Below are positions 39,997-49,746 of a DNA stretch of 64,000 nt, in pieces; positions within the stretch are counted from its first letter, which is position 1, and each line of letters starts with the position of its first letter. The translations under genes were made by a program, and so were the position numbers. Under the pieces are notes generated by a model, which had not been told where the DNA came from, did no database searches, and saw nothing but the letters and a program-made list of their open reading frames with translations. The stretch is from Candidatus Methanophagaceae archaeon (GTDB lineage: Archaea; Halobacteriota; Syntropharchaeia; Alkanophagales; Methanospirareceae). Where the stretch lies: positions 9,433 through 73,432 of the forward strand of contig PQXC01000011.1 in assembly GCA_003194435.1 (NCBI GenBank), given 5' to 3'.

Positions 39997-40521
39997 ATGA
40001 TGAAGCGGAGTACAGTTGCCATCTTCATTGTCATGTTCGTCTTCTGGGTGCTCTTATCTGCCTGTATCAATCCACTTAAGGGGCACTATGACCATATTCG
40101 TATCGTTGTGGGTATGATATGTGCGGCAATAGCAACTTCGGTCTCTCGTGACCTCCTGATAACGGGCAAGGAGGACATGACACTGCGTAAGACCCTCCGG
40201 CTACTGCTGTACATACCGTGGGAGCTGTGGCAGATAGTTCTGGCGAACTTCGATGTTGCTTATCGCGTGCTACATCCAAAGATGCCAATAGACCCGCGCA
40301 TAATAGAATTTGATACTACTCTGAGGAGTGATTTCGCACTCACCACATTAGCGAATTCCATTACTCTCACACCGGGTACGATAACGATAGACGTGGAGCC
40401 GGAGCGAGGCAGGTTCCTGGTGCATGCAATCGCGTCGAAAGCCGCAGATGCTCTACTCGTTGACCAAACGATGCAGAAGAAGGTTGCACATGTGTATATG
40501 GAGGAAGGAGGAGGGGAGTGA
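39997..40521 (+). CDS. mnhE: Mrp/Mnh subunit E
   Basis: ANFDVAYRVL.P, LANSITLTPGTITID, VHAI. Confidence 0.92.
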   Translation: MMKRSTVAIFIVMFVFWVLLSACINPLKGHYDHIRIVVGMICAAIATSVSRDLLITGKEDMTLRKTLRLLLYIPWELWQIVLANFDVAYRVLHPKMPIDPRIIEFDTTLRSDFALTTLANSITLTPGTITIDVEPERGRFLVHAIASKAADALLVDQTMQKKVAHVYMEEGGGE

Positions 40522-40527
40522 AGAGAT

Positions 40528-40773
40528 ATGATAATCCCGCTTGATCTCATTGCATTGTTCTTCCTCGTGGTAATTGCGCTCGCAGCGATAACAGTGAGAG
40601 ACCTGTTAGCAGCAATCGTGCTATTAAGTGCTTATAGCTTTATTATCGCCACAGTGTGGGTGGAGATGCATGCAGTGGATGTCGGATTTACCGAAGCCGC
40701 AGTAGGTGCGGGCGCGACTACAGCCTTCCTGATTGCGACACTGGCGCGAACAAGGAGGTGGGAGAAGAGATGA
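40528..40773 (+). CDS. Mrp DUF4040 subunit (MbhD-like)
   Basis: DLLAA..L..YS....W..M.AVDV.FTEAAVGAG. Confidence 0.85.
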   Translation: MIIPLDLIALFFLVVIALAAITVRDLLAAIVLLSAYSFIIATVWVEMHAVDVGFTEAAVGAGATTAFLIATLARTRRWEKR

Positions 40774-41315
40774 AGGCTCTTACAGCTTCTGCATTAATGT
40801 TCGTGATACTCCTGGGCGCTCTATTTATCTATGTTGCGGAGGATATACCAGCATTTGGAGACCCGTATTCACCTGCTAATCGGTGGGTCAACCTCTCCAT
40901 CGGTATAGATGCCCGGAGCCATGTGGTGGAGAGTTTGAACCATGGAGTAGTTCCTGATATATTGGTGCGCGAAATAAAGAATCGTGGATTACCGCTACCT
41001 GAGGGTTATAAGGTAGAGCGAGGAGGAGAAGAAGGCTGGAAAGGCTGGGATATACTGATTCCAAAAGGAGAAATGTTCTATCCGAACCTGGAGAAGTATT
41101 ATTTCATCATGAACGAGGGTAATAGATTGTGGATTTATCGCTATTCGGTTCCGGTGCGGTGGGAAGAGAGATGTGAGGAGGAGATAGGCGTACCGAATAT
41201 GGTGACTGCAGGTCTCGCAGATTATAGGGGTTACGATACACTCGGTGAGACCACAGTCATATTCACCGCTGGCGTTTCTGTTATATTGTTGCTAAGGAGG
41301 CGAGGCAAGTTATAA
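40770..41315 (+). CDS. MbhE-like Mrp subunit with a large insertion
   Basis: FGDP.SPA...PNMVTA.LADYRGYDTLGETTVIF; ATGA-coupled start at 40770. Confidence 0.85.
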   Translation: MKALTASALMFVILLGALFIYVAEDIPAFGDPYSPANRWVNLSIGIDARSHVVESLNHGVVPDILVREIKNRGLPLPEGYKVERGGEEGWKGWDILIPKGEMFYPNLEKYYFIMNEGNRLWIYRYSVPVRWEERCEEEIGVPNMVTAGLADYRGYDTLGETTVIFTAGVSVILLLRRRGKL

Positions 41316-41318
41316 GTT

Positions 41319-41837
41319 ATGAGAGTGAGAGGTAAAGGTAAAGAGCACGGGCAAGAGCAGAAGCACAAGCGTGATGTTATTGTAACCACTATCGCACGGT
41401 TGATGATTCCGTTTATACAGATGTACGCGTTGTATGTGATGGTGGGTACAGAAGGAGCAGGCGGGGGATTTCAGGGCGGTGTGGTATTTGCTGCTTCTTT
41501 CGTGCTCTTCGTCACGGCATTTGGAATCACAAGAGGGCGCAGAAGGTTACCTGAATCGTGGAATGCTGCACTTAGCAGTCTGGGGTTATATTTTTATGCA
41601 GGTATTGGGCTGTTATGCATAATTCTTTCACTTTTCAGTGCTCAATATCTAAATTATGGCGCACTTCCGCTATGGGAGATAATAGGTCGCCCGGAGACGC
41701 GGGGACTGATGATAACATTTGTTGTGGAGGTAGGGATAGCGATAACAGTTATGGCGGTTTTTACATCTATATTCTTCGATCTCGCATGGAAGGGAGAAGA
41801 GGATAAAGAAGATAATAAAGAAGAAGGGGGTGAATAA
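41319..41837 (+). CDS. mnhB: Mrp/Mnh subunit B
   Basis: PFIQMYALYV..G..GAGGGFQGGV, VEVGIAITV. Confidence 0.85.
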   Translation: MRVRGKGKEHGQEQKHKRDVIVTTIARLMIPFIQMYALYVMVGTEGAGGGFQGGVVFAASFVLFVTAFGITRGRRRLPESWNAALSSLGLYFYAGIGLLCIILSLFSAQYLNYGALPLWEIIGRPETRGLMITFVVEVGIAITVMAVFTSIFFDLAWKGEEDKEDNKEEGGE

Positions 41838-41845
41838 AGACAGAG

Positions 41846-42268
41846 ATGCTGGAATGGCTAATTGCGGAGGTATTTGCGAAGTATAATTACTGGGTCTCCA
41901 TCGTGCTGATGCTCATCGGGTTCTATGCAATGATAGCAAAGGACAATTTAATGAAGAAGATCATCGGGTTGAATATATTCCAGACAGCAATTATTCTCTT
42001 CTTTATATCGCTTGGTGATGTCTCAATAGGGGGCTGGGGCGGAGGAGTGACCGAGCCGATAGTGAAAGGAGCACTTCCATGGGAAACAGGGGAAGGAGGG
42101 GCTGTGTATGCGAATCCACTGCCACATGTGCTCATGCTTACAGCGATTGTGGTGGGAGCGGCGACAACTGCTGTTGCACTCGCACTTGTGATAAGGCTAC
42201 ATGAGGAGTACGGAACGATAGAGGAGAGTGAGATAATAGAGAAGGAGCGGGAGAGGGAGCTCCCATAA
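41846..42268 (+). CDS. mnhC: Mrp/Mnh subunit C
   Basis: NLMKKIIGLNI, NPLPHVLMLTAIVVG, YGTIEE. Confidence 0.92.
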   Translation: MLEWLIAEVFAKYNYWVSIVLMLIGFYAMIAKDNLMKKIIGLNIFQTAIILFFISLGDVSIGGWGGGVTEPIVKGALPWETGEGGAVYANPLPHVLMLTAIVVGAATTAVALALVIRLHEEYGTIEESEIIEKERERELP

Positions 42269-42320
42269 CCATCCCATTCCATAACCTGATACCTAATTTT
42301 TGCATGACGGAAGGAGCAGG

Positions 42321-43202
42321 TCACCTCGTCACTCTTCTCGCTCGCATCTTGAAGAAACGTTGTAGTGGTATGTAAAACGGCTCACTCGTATTTACCTGGA
42401 TTATATCCACCCCTATTCGCTTCATACTCGCAAAAAAGGCATCTTGCTTAGCCTTTACCAGTTCGGTATATCTTGCCCGGAATTCCGGGTCAGACGTATC
42501 CACGAGCATTTGTTCACCGGTTTCCTGGTCTTCCAGAAACGCATAGCCTATATCCGGGATTTGGGCTTCTCGCATATCGGTGATATTCACAAGAATCACA
42601 TCGTGCCTGTTCTTGAGCTGTTTAAGCGGGCGCTCAAAATCTGGTGCTAAGAAATCAGAGATGATGAAGACGATACTGCGCTTTTTGATAACGTTATTCA
42701 GGTAAGAGAGTGCGGCTCGAATGTCAGTGTTTCTGTTCTTCGGCTCATAATAAATGAGCTCTCGCAGCAGCTTAAGCATATGCTTCTTACCCTTACCCGG
42801 GGGTATGAAGAGCTCCACTTCACTTGTGAATAAACACAGACCTACACGGTCGTTGTTTCGAAGCGCAGCAAACATCAAAGAAGCGGCGATGTCATACCCA
42901 ATCTCCTTCTTCCTGCGCTCGAATCCAAATTCGTTACTTGAAGAGACGTCAAAAACGATGAACAGTGTCAGGTCTCGCTCTTCAATGAACTCCTTGACGA
43001 AAGGTGCGTTGAATCTCGCTGTAACATTCCAGTCAATCGCTCTTATATCGTCCCCTGGCACATATCCCCGGACTTCTGCGAATTCTATGCCTCGCCCTTT
43101 GAAAACTGAGTGATATTCGCCGGATACAAGCCCCTCAACCAGCCTACTTGTCTTTATTTCTAACTTTTTTACTCGCTTTAATACTTCCTTTACGCGGGGC
43201 AT
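42321..43202 (-). CDS. DUF58 (vWA-like MoxR partner)
   Basis: G.G.EFAEVR.Y.PGDDIR.IDWNVTAR, D.S.S, ISDF; start moved to ATG 43202. Confidence 0.9.
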   Translation of the reverse strand: MPRVKEVLKRVKKLEIKTSRLVEGLVSGEYHSVFKGRGIEFAEVRGYVPGDDIRAIDWNVTARFNAPFVKEFIEERDLTLFIVFDVSSSNEFGFERRKKEIGYDIAASLMFAALRNNDRVGLCLFTSEVELFIPPGKGKKHMLKLLRELIYYEPKNRNTDIRAALSYLNNVIKKRSIVFIISDFLAPDFERPLKQLKNRHDVILVNITDMREAQIPDIGYAFLEDQETGEQMLVDTSDPEFRARYTELVKAKQDAFFASMKRIGVDIIQVNTSEPFYIPLQRFFKMRARRVTR

Positions 43203-43203
43203 C

Positions 43204-44196
43204 TCACGGCGCCTCGACATTCGCAACAATTGCGTCAATAATATGGTCAGAAGTAATCCCCTCAGCATCTGCTTCGTAAGTCAATAAAATTCGATGCCTG
43301 AGTACGTCATGCGCTACCGCTTTAATATCCTCTGGAATGACATAGCCACGTCCATTTAGTAGTGCATGCGCTTTTCCTGTAAGAATCAGCCATAGTGAAG
43401 CTCTTGGCGAAGCCCCATACTCTATCATACCATCGAACTTCTCTCCTAACTCGTAATTACCCGGATGTCGCGTAGCATCAACGAGTTTAGTAACATAATC
43501 CTCTATCTTCTCATCTGCATAAATCCGCTGATTGAACCTCTGTATCTCCGTCACATCTGCTGCAGACAAGACTTTCTCCGGTGTGAGCTCAATTCCACGT
43601 GTATTACGCTGTATTATTATCTTCTCCTCCTCCCGCTTTGGATAATCTATCAGGAGTTTAAAGGTGAACCTGTCGACCTGAGCTTCAGGCAGTTTATATG
43701 TGCCCTCGGTTTCTATCGGATTTTGCGTCGCCAGAACCATGAAGGGTTCATCTAACTTGAATGTTTCTCCCTGTATGCTCACCTGCCTCTCCTGCATGGC
43801 TTCTAACAGCGCGGATTGAACCTTCGGCGGTGCTCTGTTTATCTCATCTGCGAGTACGAAATTAGCGAATATGGGTCCTTTCTGCGTGGTAAAACTCGCC
43901 GTGTGGTGGTCGTATATCTTCGTCCCGATGATGTCCGCGGGCAGCAGGTCAGGCGTAAACTGAATCCTGCGGAAACTCGCGGAAAGAGTCTCTGATAGCG
44001 TCTTCACCATCAATGTCTTTGCCAGTCCAGGGACACCTTCAAGTAGAACATGACCATTGGCAACGAGACAAATCAGCAATTTCTGCAATACGGATTCCTG
44101 ACCAACAATAACTCGTCTGATTTGGTTCAGCACGTCATTTAATCGCTTTGCATATTCCTGTGCCTGTAAATTTAAATGCTCTATCTCTTTGTCCAT
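43204..44196 (-). CDS. moxR: MoxR family AAA+ ATPase
   Basis: LLEGVPGLAKT, RIQFTPDLLP, DEINRAPPKVQSALLE, ATQNPIE, GASPRA. Confidence 0.95.
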   Translation of the reverse strand: MDKEIEHLNLQAQEYAKRLNDVLNQIRRVIVGQESVLQKLLICLVANGHVLLEGVPGLAKTLMVKTLSETLSASFRRIQFTPDLLPADIIGTKIYDHHTASFTTQKGPIFANFVLADEINRAPPKVQSALLEAMQERQVSIQGETFKLDEPFMVLATQNPIETEGTYKLPEAQVDRFTFKLLIDYPKREEEKIIIQRNTRGIELTPEKVLSAADVTEIQRFNQRIYADEKIEDYVTKLVDATRHPGNYELGEKFDGMIEYGASPRASLWLILTGKAHALLNGRGYVIPEDIKAVAHDVLRHRILLTYEADAEGITSDHIIDAIVANVEAP

Positions 44197-44426
44197 TCTT
44201 CTATCGCCACAATTTTGCGCCTGCTATTCGTGCCTGAAACGATTCTTACTCTGGCGTTGAAGTACCGCGACAATAGTTTCACTACTGCTTTATTCGCCTT
44301 CCCTTTTATCGGCGGCTCTTTCACTCGCACTATTAACGGTTTCAGTTCCGCCTCTGCTTCCGGTTCTATTACCGTCTCCTCTTTTGAGTTCGGAATGACT
44401 TTTATTTCTATTTCCTTAGTTCTCAT
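44181..44426 (-). CDS. DUF167/YggU family protein
   Basis: KVIPNSK, V.EPP..GKAN, IVSG..SR.K. Confidence 0.85.
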   Translation of the reverse strand: MRTKEIEIKVIPNSKEETVIEPEAEAELKPLIVRVKEPPIKGKANKAVVKLLSRYFNARVRIVSGTNSRRKIVAIEEWTKR

Positions 44427-44505
44427 TCTGAATATAACAATAACAATATAACATTAGTTAGAATTAGACCATCAGCAGATTTAAAAATATCTCATCTCAT
44501 TTCAC

Positions 44506-45372
44506 TCACTTAGAACCTATTATCATAGTTCCAATGCCCTTATCGGTGAGCAACTCAAGCAGTATAGTGTGGGGTGCTTTACCATCAATTATGTGCGCGG
44601 TGACGCCACGATGAGCGGCTTTCAAGCACGCCTCCACCTTCGGTATCATCCCGCCACCTATGACACCCGCAGCAATAAGCTCTTTTACAAGCTCCGGTGT
44701 CGCCTCCGATATCAAACTGGATGGGTCTGCGGGATTACGTAACAACCCCACGACATCTGTAAGTAATATCAGCTTCTCTGCTCTTATCGCACATGCTATC
44801 TCGGCGGCAACCGAATCGGCATTTACATTCAGGCTGTTCCCTTCCCTGTCCACCGCTATTGGCGATATTACGGGTATATAATTCTGCTCTGCGGTGATAT
44901 CAATTATCTCGGCATTGATCTCCTCTATCTCTCCAACCCATCCGAGGTCTATCTCCTCACCTTCCATACGCTGCTTCGCTTTCTTCCTCGCCACTATCAA
45001 TTTACCGTCATTGCCCGAGAGCCCGATACCCTTACCGCCGTGCTTGCCTATCAGCGATACGATGCGTTCATTAACACTGCCCACAAGCACCATTCGCGCT
45101 ATCTCCAGCGTCTCATCATCGGTGATGCGAAGCCCGCGAAAGAATCTCGGCTTCTTGCCCAGTTTCTCCATCAGTTTCGTTATCTCTGGACCACCGCCAT
45201 GCACAACCACAGGTTTTATCCCGATGAACCTGAGCAGAACGGTATCACGCATGATATTATCCATTATGTGCTCATCCACCAGCGCATGCCCACCGACCTT
45301 TATCACGATTTTAGCGCCATAGAACTTACGAATATAAGGCAAAGCCTCTATCAGAACCTCTTCTCGCTTCAT
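44506..45372 (-). CDS. argB: acetylglutamate kinase
   Basis: EALPYI, VIKVGG, VVHGGGPEI, GLRITD, NVNAD, GGMIPK, GIGT. Confidence 0.97.
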   Translation of the reverse strand: MKREEVLIEALPYIRKFYGAKIVIKVGGHALVDEHIMDNIMRDTVLLRFIGIKPVVVHGGGPEITKLMEKLGKKPRFFRGLRITDDETLEIARMVLVGSVNERIVSLIGKHGGKGIGLSGNDGKLIVARKKAKQRMEGEEIDLGWVGEIEEINAEIIDITAEQNYIPVISPIAVDREGNSLNVNADSVAAEIACAIRAEKLILLTDVVGLLRNPADPSSLISEATPELVKELIAAGVIGGGMIPKVEACLKAAHRGVTAHIIDGKAPHTILLELLTDKGIGTMIIGSK

Positions 45373-45421
45373 CACAAACATCAAACATATATGAATGATG
45401 GAACTATAAAATTATTGAGAG

Positions 45422-46483
45422 ATGAAGGAACTAAAGGAGCTATTGGCGAGATTAGCGGAAGCGAGGGGGATTTCAGGCTATGAAGGTGCGGTAAGAGAGA
45501 TAGTTGAGGAGGAACTGAGAGAGTATGTGGATGAGATAAGGACCGATAAGTTAGGGAATCTGATAGCGAGTAAGAGCGGTAAGAGCCCCTCTGTCATGAT
45601 AGCTGCGCATCTTGACGAGATAGGACTGATGGTGAAGCATATAGAACCAGAGGGCTTTTTGCGATTCTCAACCATTGGCGGCTGGTTCGACCAGACATTG
45701 CTCAATCAGCGTGTGGTGCTGCAACCCCAGCCAGAAGGTGAGGGTGGCGACATCGTATATGGCGTTATAGGCTCGAAACCGCCACACAGAATGAAGAAAG
45801 AGGAGCGTGAGAAGGTGATCAAAGCAGAAGATATGTTCATAGATATTGGTGCGAAGAGCGAAGAGGAAGTATCAAAGCTGGGCATTACTATCGGCACGCC
45901 CGTCATAATTGACAGGCAGTTCACACCGCTCATAAATGACAGAGTCACGTGCAAAGCCTTTGATAATCGGTCTGGTGTGGCTGTTATGATAGAAGCGCTA
46001 CGAAGAGTGAATACCGAGTTCGAGGTATATGCGGTGGGCACGGTGCAGGAAGAGGTGGGGCTGAAGGGGGCACGGACGTCTGCATTTGAACTCAACCCCG
46101 ATGTTGCCATCGCTATTGATACCGATATAGCGGGCGGGCATCCGGGTATAGAGAAGAAAGACACAACTGTGGAACTGGATAAAGGACCTGTGATTACCGT
46201 CTCTGATGCATCGGGACGCGGTATAATAACACCGCCCGCTGTACTGAAATGGCTAAAGGGTACCGCTTCACGATATGATATCCCGTATCAGTTGAGTGTA
46301 TCCGAAGGCGGGACGACCGATGCCACTGCTATCCATCTCACGAGGAGTGGTATACCCACAGGCGTGATTGGTGTGCCCACGAGATATATCCATTCACCCG
46401 TGGAGCTGTTGAGCCTGAAAGACCTGGATAAATGTGCGGAACTCATAGCGAGGGCACTGGAGCACGTGGGTGAATTCTTCTGA
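45422..46483 (+). CDS. M42 family aminopeptidase (TET-like)
   Basis: AAHLDEIG, KAFDNR, VQEEVGL.GA, GGTTDA, RYIHSP. Confidence 0.95.
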   Translation: MKELKELLARLAEARGISGYEGAVREIVEEELREYVDEIRTDKLGNLIASKSGKSPSVMIAAHLDEIGLMVKHIEPEGFLRFSTIGGWFDQTLLNQRVVLQPQPEGEGGDIVYGVIGSKPPHRMKKEEREKVIKAEDMFIDIGAKSEEEVSKLGITIGTPVIIDRQFTPLINDRVTCKAFDNRSGVAVMIEALRRVNTEFEVYAVGTVQEEVGLKGARTSAFELNPDVAIAIDTDIAGGHPGIEKKDTTVELDKGPVITVSDASGRGIITPPAVLKWLKGTASRYDIPYQLSVSEGGTTDATAIHLTRSGIPTGVIGVPTRYIHSPVELLSLKDLDKCAELIARALEHVGEFF

Positions 46484-46492
46484 AGTTCGAAA

Positions 46493-47269
46493 ATGGGAAT
46501 AGAAGAAAAGGAAACGGAAATAAGAGTAAATCTCGGTGGTATAATCCACTTCTCCACAATAGACTGGCGCGGTAAAGCAGCAATGGTGATATTCCTCAGG
46601 CGGTGCCCGTTTCGCTGTATCTACTGCCAGAATTACAACCTCTTAGGGACTGACAATTATGTGGATATGGGAGTGATAGAAGAAGCGATAAGAGATAGCG
46701 AGGTTTTCATTGACGCCGTGGTATTATCGGGTGGCGAACCATTCATGCAACCCGAAGCAATAGCTGCAATATCAAAATACGCACGGCAGAGGTCGCTCTA
46801 TCTTGGAGTGCAGACTAATGGCTACTATCCCGAAGCAATAGAATCTTTGCTTGATACCGACGCTATTGATAAAATCTTCCTCGATATCAAAGCGCCACTG
46901 GGTGGTGCACGCTATGAGGAACTGACAAAAGCGCATGGCGCTTCAGAACGAGTGCGGAAGACATTGGAGATACTCCTCGCGAGAGATGTTGATGCGGAAT
47001 TGATAACAACGGTATTCAAGAATATTGTGGGTGCTGGAGAAGTGAAACAGATAGTAGAAGAGCTTCATGAGATGGGTGCGACATGCTACCCTTATGTAAT
47101 ACAGCAGGGTAGAATCGAGCGTGTACCGCCAGATGCGGGCTTGAGCAAGGCGAACATCTTCAGCTATGAAGAACTTGAGGAACTCGCTTCTCTCGCTTTT
47201 CACACCGCACCACTGAAGGAGGTCAGAATACGAACACGAGAGAGGGGGGAAGAAGTGATTTATAAATAG
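46493..47269 (+). CDS. nrdG: anaerobic ribonucleotide reductase activating (radical SAM) protein
   Basis: STIDWRG..VIF..CPFRC.YCQN, SGGEP, TNGYYP, DIKAP. Confidence 0.8.
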   Translation: MGIEEKETEIRVNLGGIIHFSTIDWRGKAAMVIFLRRCPFRCIYCQNYNLLGTDNYVDMGVIEEAIRDSEVFIDAVVLSGGEPFMQPEAIAAISKYARQRSLYLGVQTNGYYPEAIESLLDTDAIDKIFLDIKAPLGGARYEELTKAHGASERVRKTLEILLARDVDAELITTVFKNIVGAGEVKQIVEELHEMGATCYPYVIQQGRIERVPPDAGLSKANIFSYEELEELASLAFHTAPLKEVRIRTRERGEEVIYK

Positions 47270-47309
47270 AAATAGAAATAGAATAAGGGAATAAGGGTAG
47301 AAATAGGAC

Positions 47310-47669
47310 GTGATAGAGATGGTGAGCGTGTTTTTGGAGGGTATACCGTTGAACTTGCGGATTGCAAAAGCGGTCTGTGAGGACAATCGCGATAGAAATG
47401 CCAGTTATATCTGGTTTGGACTCCAGATAAGGATAAGAGCGAGTGAGAAGCTCGTTTTGAACCGTGCGAGCTTGGAACGCGCAATTGAGCGCGCATTGAC
47501 AGACGATGAATGGTTGAGTGCCGCATGGAACCACACGGGGCGAATAACGAAATTTGAACGAGAAGAGATGATATTTGAGGATTCAGAAGAATCGGAGATG
47601 CTGGATTCATACTGGGACACACGGTTGAGCACGCTGAAAGGGGGATTTTTAAATAATGATGATAAATAA
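47310..47669 (+). CDS. hypothetical protein
   Basis: 119-aa ORF filling the gap in a co-oriented gene run; no motif recognised. Confidence 0.5.
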   Translation: MIEMVSVFLEGIPLNLRIAKAVCEDNRDRNASYIWFGLQIRIRASEKLVLNRASLERAIERALTDDEWLSAAWNHTGRITKFEREEMIFEDSEESEMLDSYWDTRLSTLKGGFLNNDDK

Positions 47670-47675
47670 AGAAGC

Positions 47676-48122
47676 ATGACAAAGATAGAACTCGTTTGCT
47701 GGAAGGATAGAATAGGTGGAGAGATCAAGAGAGAGACAGTAGAAGCATTCAGTTACGGGTTTACTGTGGGACCGCATGGTGAATGGGAGATGGTGATTGC
47801 GAATGAGGACAAAGAAGTGAAGAAGGACAAACTCGTGAATATAAAGATAGAGCAGATAGAAGTGCCTCCAAGGTCAATAGTACTGCCATGCCCAATAATG
47901 CGTCATGCGCTTGGTATTGTTACTTCATTCGCAGCAGTGGGTAAGCCGAAACGAGTTGAAGGCAGGAGACTCCTTGACGAGGCAATCTTTCACCCGATAT
48001 TTGATGGTACAATAAATAAAGGGCAATTACTTGGTGTTGCAAATATATTCTACGCATCTATTGAACGAAGGCTTGTGCGGGGTGCAGCGGAGAGGTGGCT
48101 GCAGGAAAGATACAGGTATTAG
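47676..48122 (+). CDS. DUF22 domain protein
   Basis: WE..IA.ED, I.I..I..P...I..PC...RHALG.V, F.P..DG.I.KG.LLGV.N. Confidence 0.75.
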   Translation: MTKIELVCWKDRIGGEIKRETVEAFSYGFTVGPHGEWEMVIANEDKEVKKDKLVNIKIEQIEVPPRSIVLPCPIMRHALGIVTSFAAVGKPKRVEGRRLLDEAIFHPIFDGTINKGQLLGVANIFYASIERRLVRGAAERWLQERYRY

Positions 48123-48724
48123 CTTTTGTCGGCGCTCCTGCGGCAGGTAAGACCGAAGCGGCATCTGTGGCGCGGGAACTGGGCATTCCGGTAGTGGTGA
48201 TGGGGGATGTAATAAGAGAGGAACTGAAGAGGCGTGGTATCGAATTGAGTGATGCAAATGCGGGTAGAATCGCAACCGAGCTACGACGCAGATACGGCAT
48301 GGATGCGATTGCGAAGAGGTGCATACCGTATATAGAGAGTGCAAGTGAAAGAGCAGGCAGTGAGGTGGTTGTTGTTGATGGTATAAGGGGAATAGCGGAG
48401 GTTGAGGCTTTTAAAGCGCATTTTGGTGCTGATTTCTTGCTTGTTAACATCCATGCACCCCTTTTACTCAGGTATAGCAGGATAAAAAGACGTGGTAGAA
48501 GTGATGACTCTTTAAGTCTCGCTGAGTTCAGAAGACGTGAGGAGCGAGAGATAGGATGGGGTATGGGCGAGGCAATGAAGAAAGCATCAGTGGTCATAAA
48601 GAACGAAGGTTCACTGGCGGATTTTAAGGCACAGATAAGGGAGCTACTGCTGCGCTCACTGAGTAAGCACAACATGAACATGGGTATGAATATGAATAAA
48701 CTTCATGACAGTGCGAAGTCCTGA
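48095..48724 (+). CDS. UPF0200 / dephospho-CoA kinase-like P-loop kinase
   Basis: G.PAAGKT, MGDVIR, VDGIR..AEV, RGRSDD, E..WGMGEA. Confidence 0.85.
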   Translation: MAAGKIQVLAFVGAPAAGKTEAASVARELGIPVVVMGDVIREELKRRGIELSDANAGRIATELRRRYGMDAIAKRCIPYIESASERAGSEVVVVDGIRGIAEVEAFKAHFGADFLLVNIHAPLLLRYSRIKRRGRSDDSLSLAEFRRREEREIGWGMGEAMKKASVVIKNEGSLADFKAQIRELLLRSLSKHNMNMGMNMNKLHDSAKS

Positions 48725-48794
48725 GCTGGTGGTTGCTTTTTTCTTTTTATTTATAAACTTAAAAAGTAATAGCGAGGTAGCGAGGTGATAAGAG

Positions 48795-49721
48795 ATGGGA
48801 AAGAAGACCTTTATAGTGATGTTTGTTCTGCTCGTTGCTTCTATCGTATCAAATGCATACCTCGTGGTTAAGCTTAACCAGCAGCAGGTGAACCCTACAG
48901 AGCTTAGAGAGCATGTGAACCGCCTTGAAGCGGCGAATGCATGGTTGGTTAAGGAGCTTTACCAGACAAATCTCTCGCTGCAGCAGGCGAGGGAGCAGTT
49001 ACAGGTGTACAGAAGTGAGCTTGCTGCATTGAAGGCGCAAATAAACAGAACTACTGCAATAGGAGAAGAAGGTAGTGCCCAGCTCGAAGCTCCCGCAGTG
49101 ATGCGCCGTATCCAATACCACGGTAACTACCCCTTTTACAGTCGTGAGATTGTAGAGAAAGGAACGATGATTAAGGTCTCTGTTGATATAAAGCCCGGGC
49201 ATGGACGTGTACTTGTTGTAACAAAGCCACTAATGGGCGTTGTATTCCAGGATGCGGCAAATACCGCGGTTATTGCCGCTGAGAATTACACCGGTATTGA
49301 CCTCTCGGGAAGTGATGTGATATTCAGTGTAGAAGCGCCATCAAAAGTACCGGAAGTGGATGGACCCAGTGCTGGTGCGCTTATGACAACGCTTATTATT
49401 GCCGCACTGAAGAATATCTCGCTACCTCCCGATATCACTATGACCGGAACAATCAGCTCGAACGGGCATGTTGGTGAGATAGGGGGCGTTATAGAGAAGG
49501 CAAAGGCAGCAAAAGAATCAGGCAAGCGAATTTTTATCCTGCCACGCGAGAACAGTCATCTTATAAGATATGAGGAGGTGAGAGAGCAGTTAGGGCTCAT
49601 AACCATAATCCGAGAGAACCCGGTAGTTGAAGATGCAAAGGAGTACATCGAGAAGAATATAGGTATCCGTGTGGAATATGTGGATTCAATAGATGATATC
49701 ATGAAGATCATCAATGCTTAG
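48795..49721 (+). CDS. membrane-anchored Lon-type (S16) protease domain protein
   Basis: N-terminal TM and coiled coil; VDGPSAGA (Ser), MTGTI...G.IGG..EK..AA (Lys). Confidence 0.9.
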   Translation: MGKKTFIVMFVLLVASIVSNAYLVVKLNQQQVNPTELREHVNRLEAANAWLVKELYQTNLSLQQAREQLQVYRSELAALKAQINRTTAIGEEGSAQLEAPAVMRRIQYHGNYPFYSREIVEKGTMIKVSVDIKPGHGRVLVVTKPLMGVVFQDAANTAVIAAENYTGIDLSGSDVIFSVEAPSKVPEVDGPSAGALMTTLIIAALKNISLPPDITMTGTISSNGHVGEIGGVIEKAKAAKESGKRIFILPRENSHLIRYEEVREQLGLITIIRENPVVEDAKEYIEKNIGIRVEYVDSIDDIMKIINA

Positions 49722-49746
49722 TTTAGCTTAAGGAACTCTTACGGAA

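Noticed and set aside
39398-42268. Membrane-bound hydrogenase (Mbh) operon
   Set aside because: No NiFe large/small or Fe-S subunits present; only the Mrp-like small membrane subunits.
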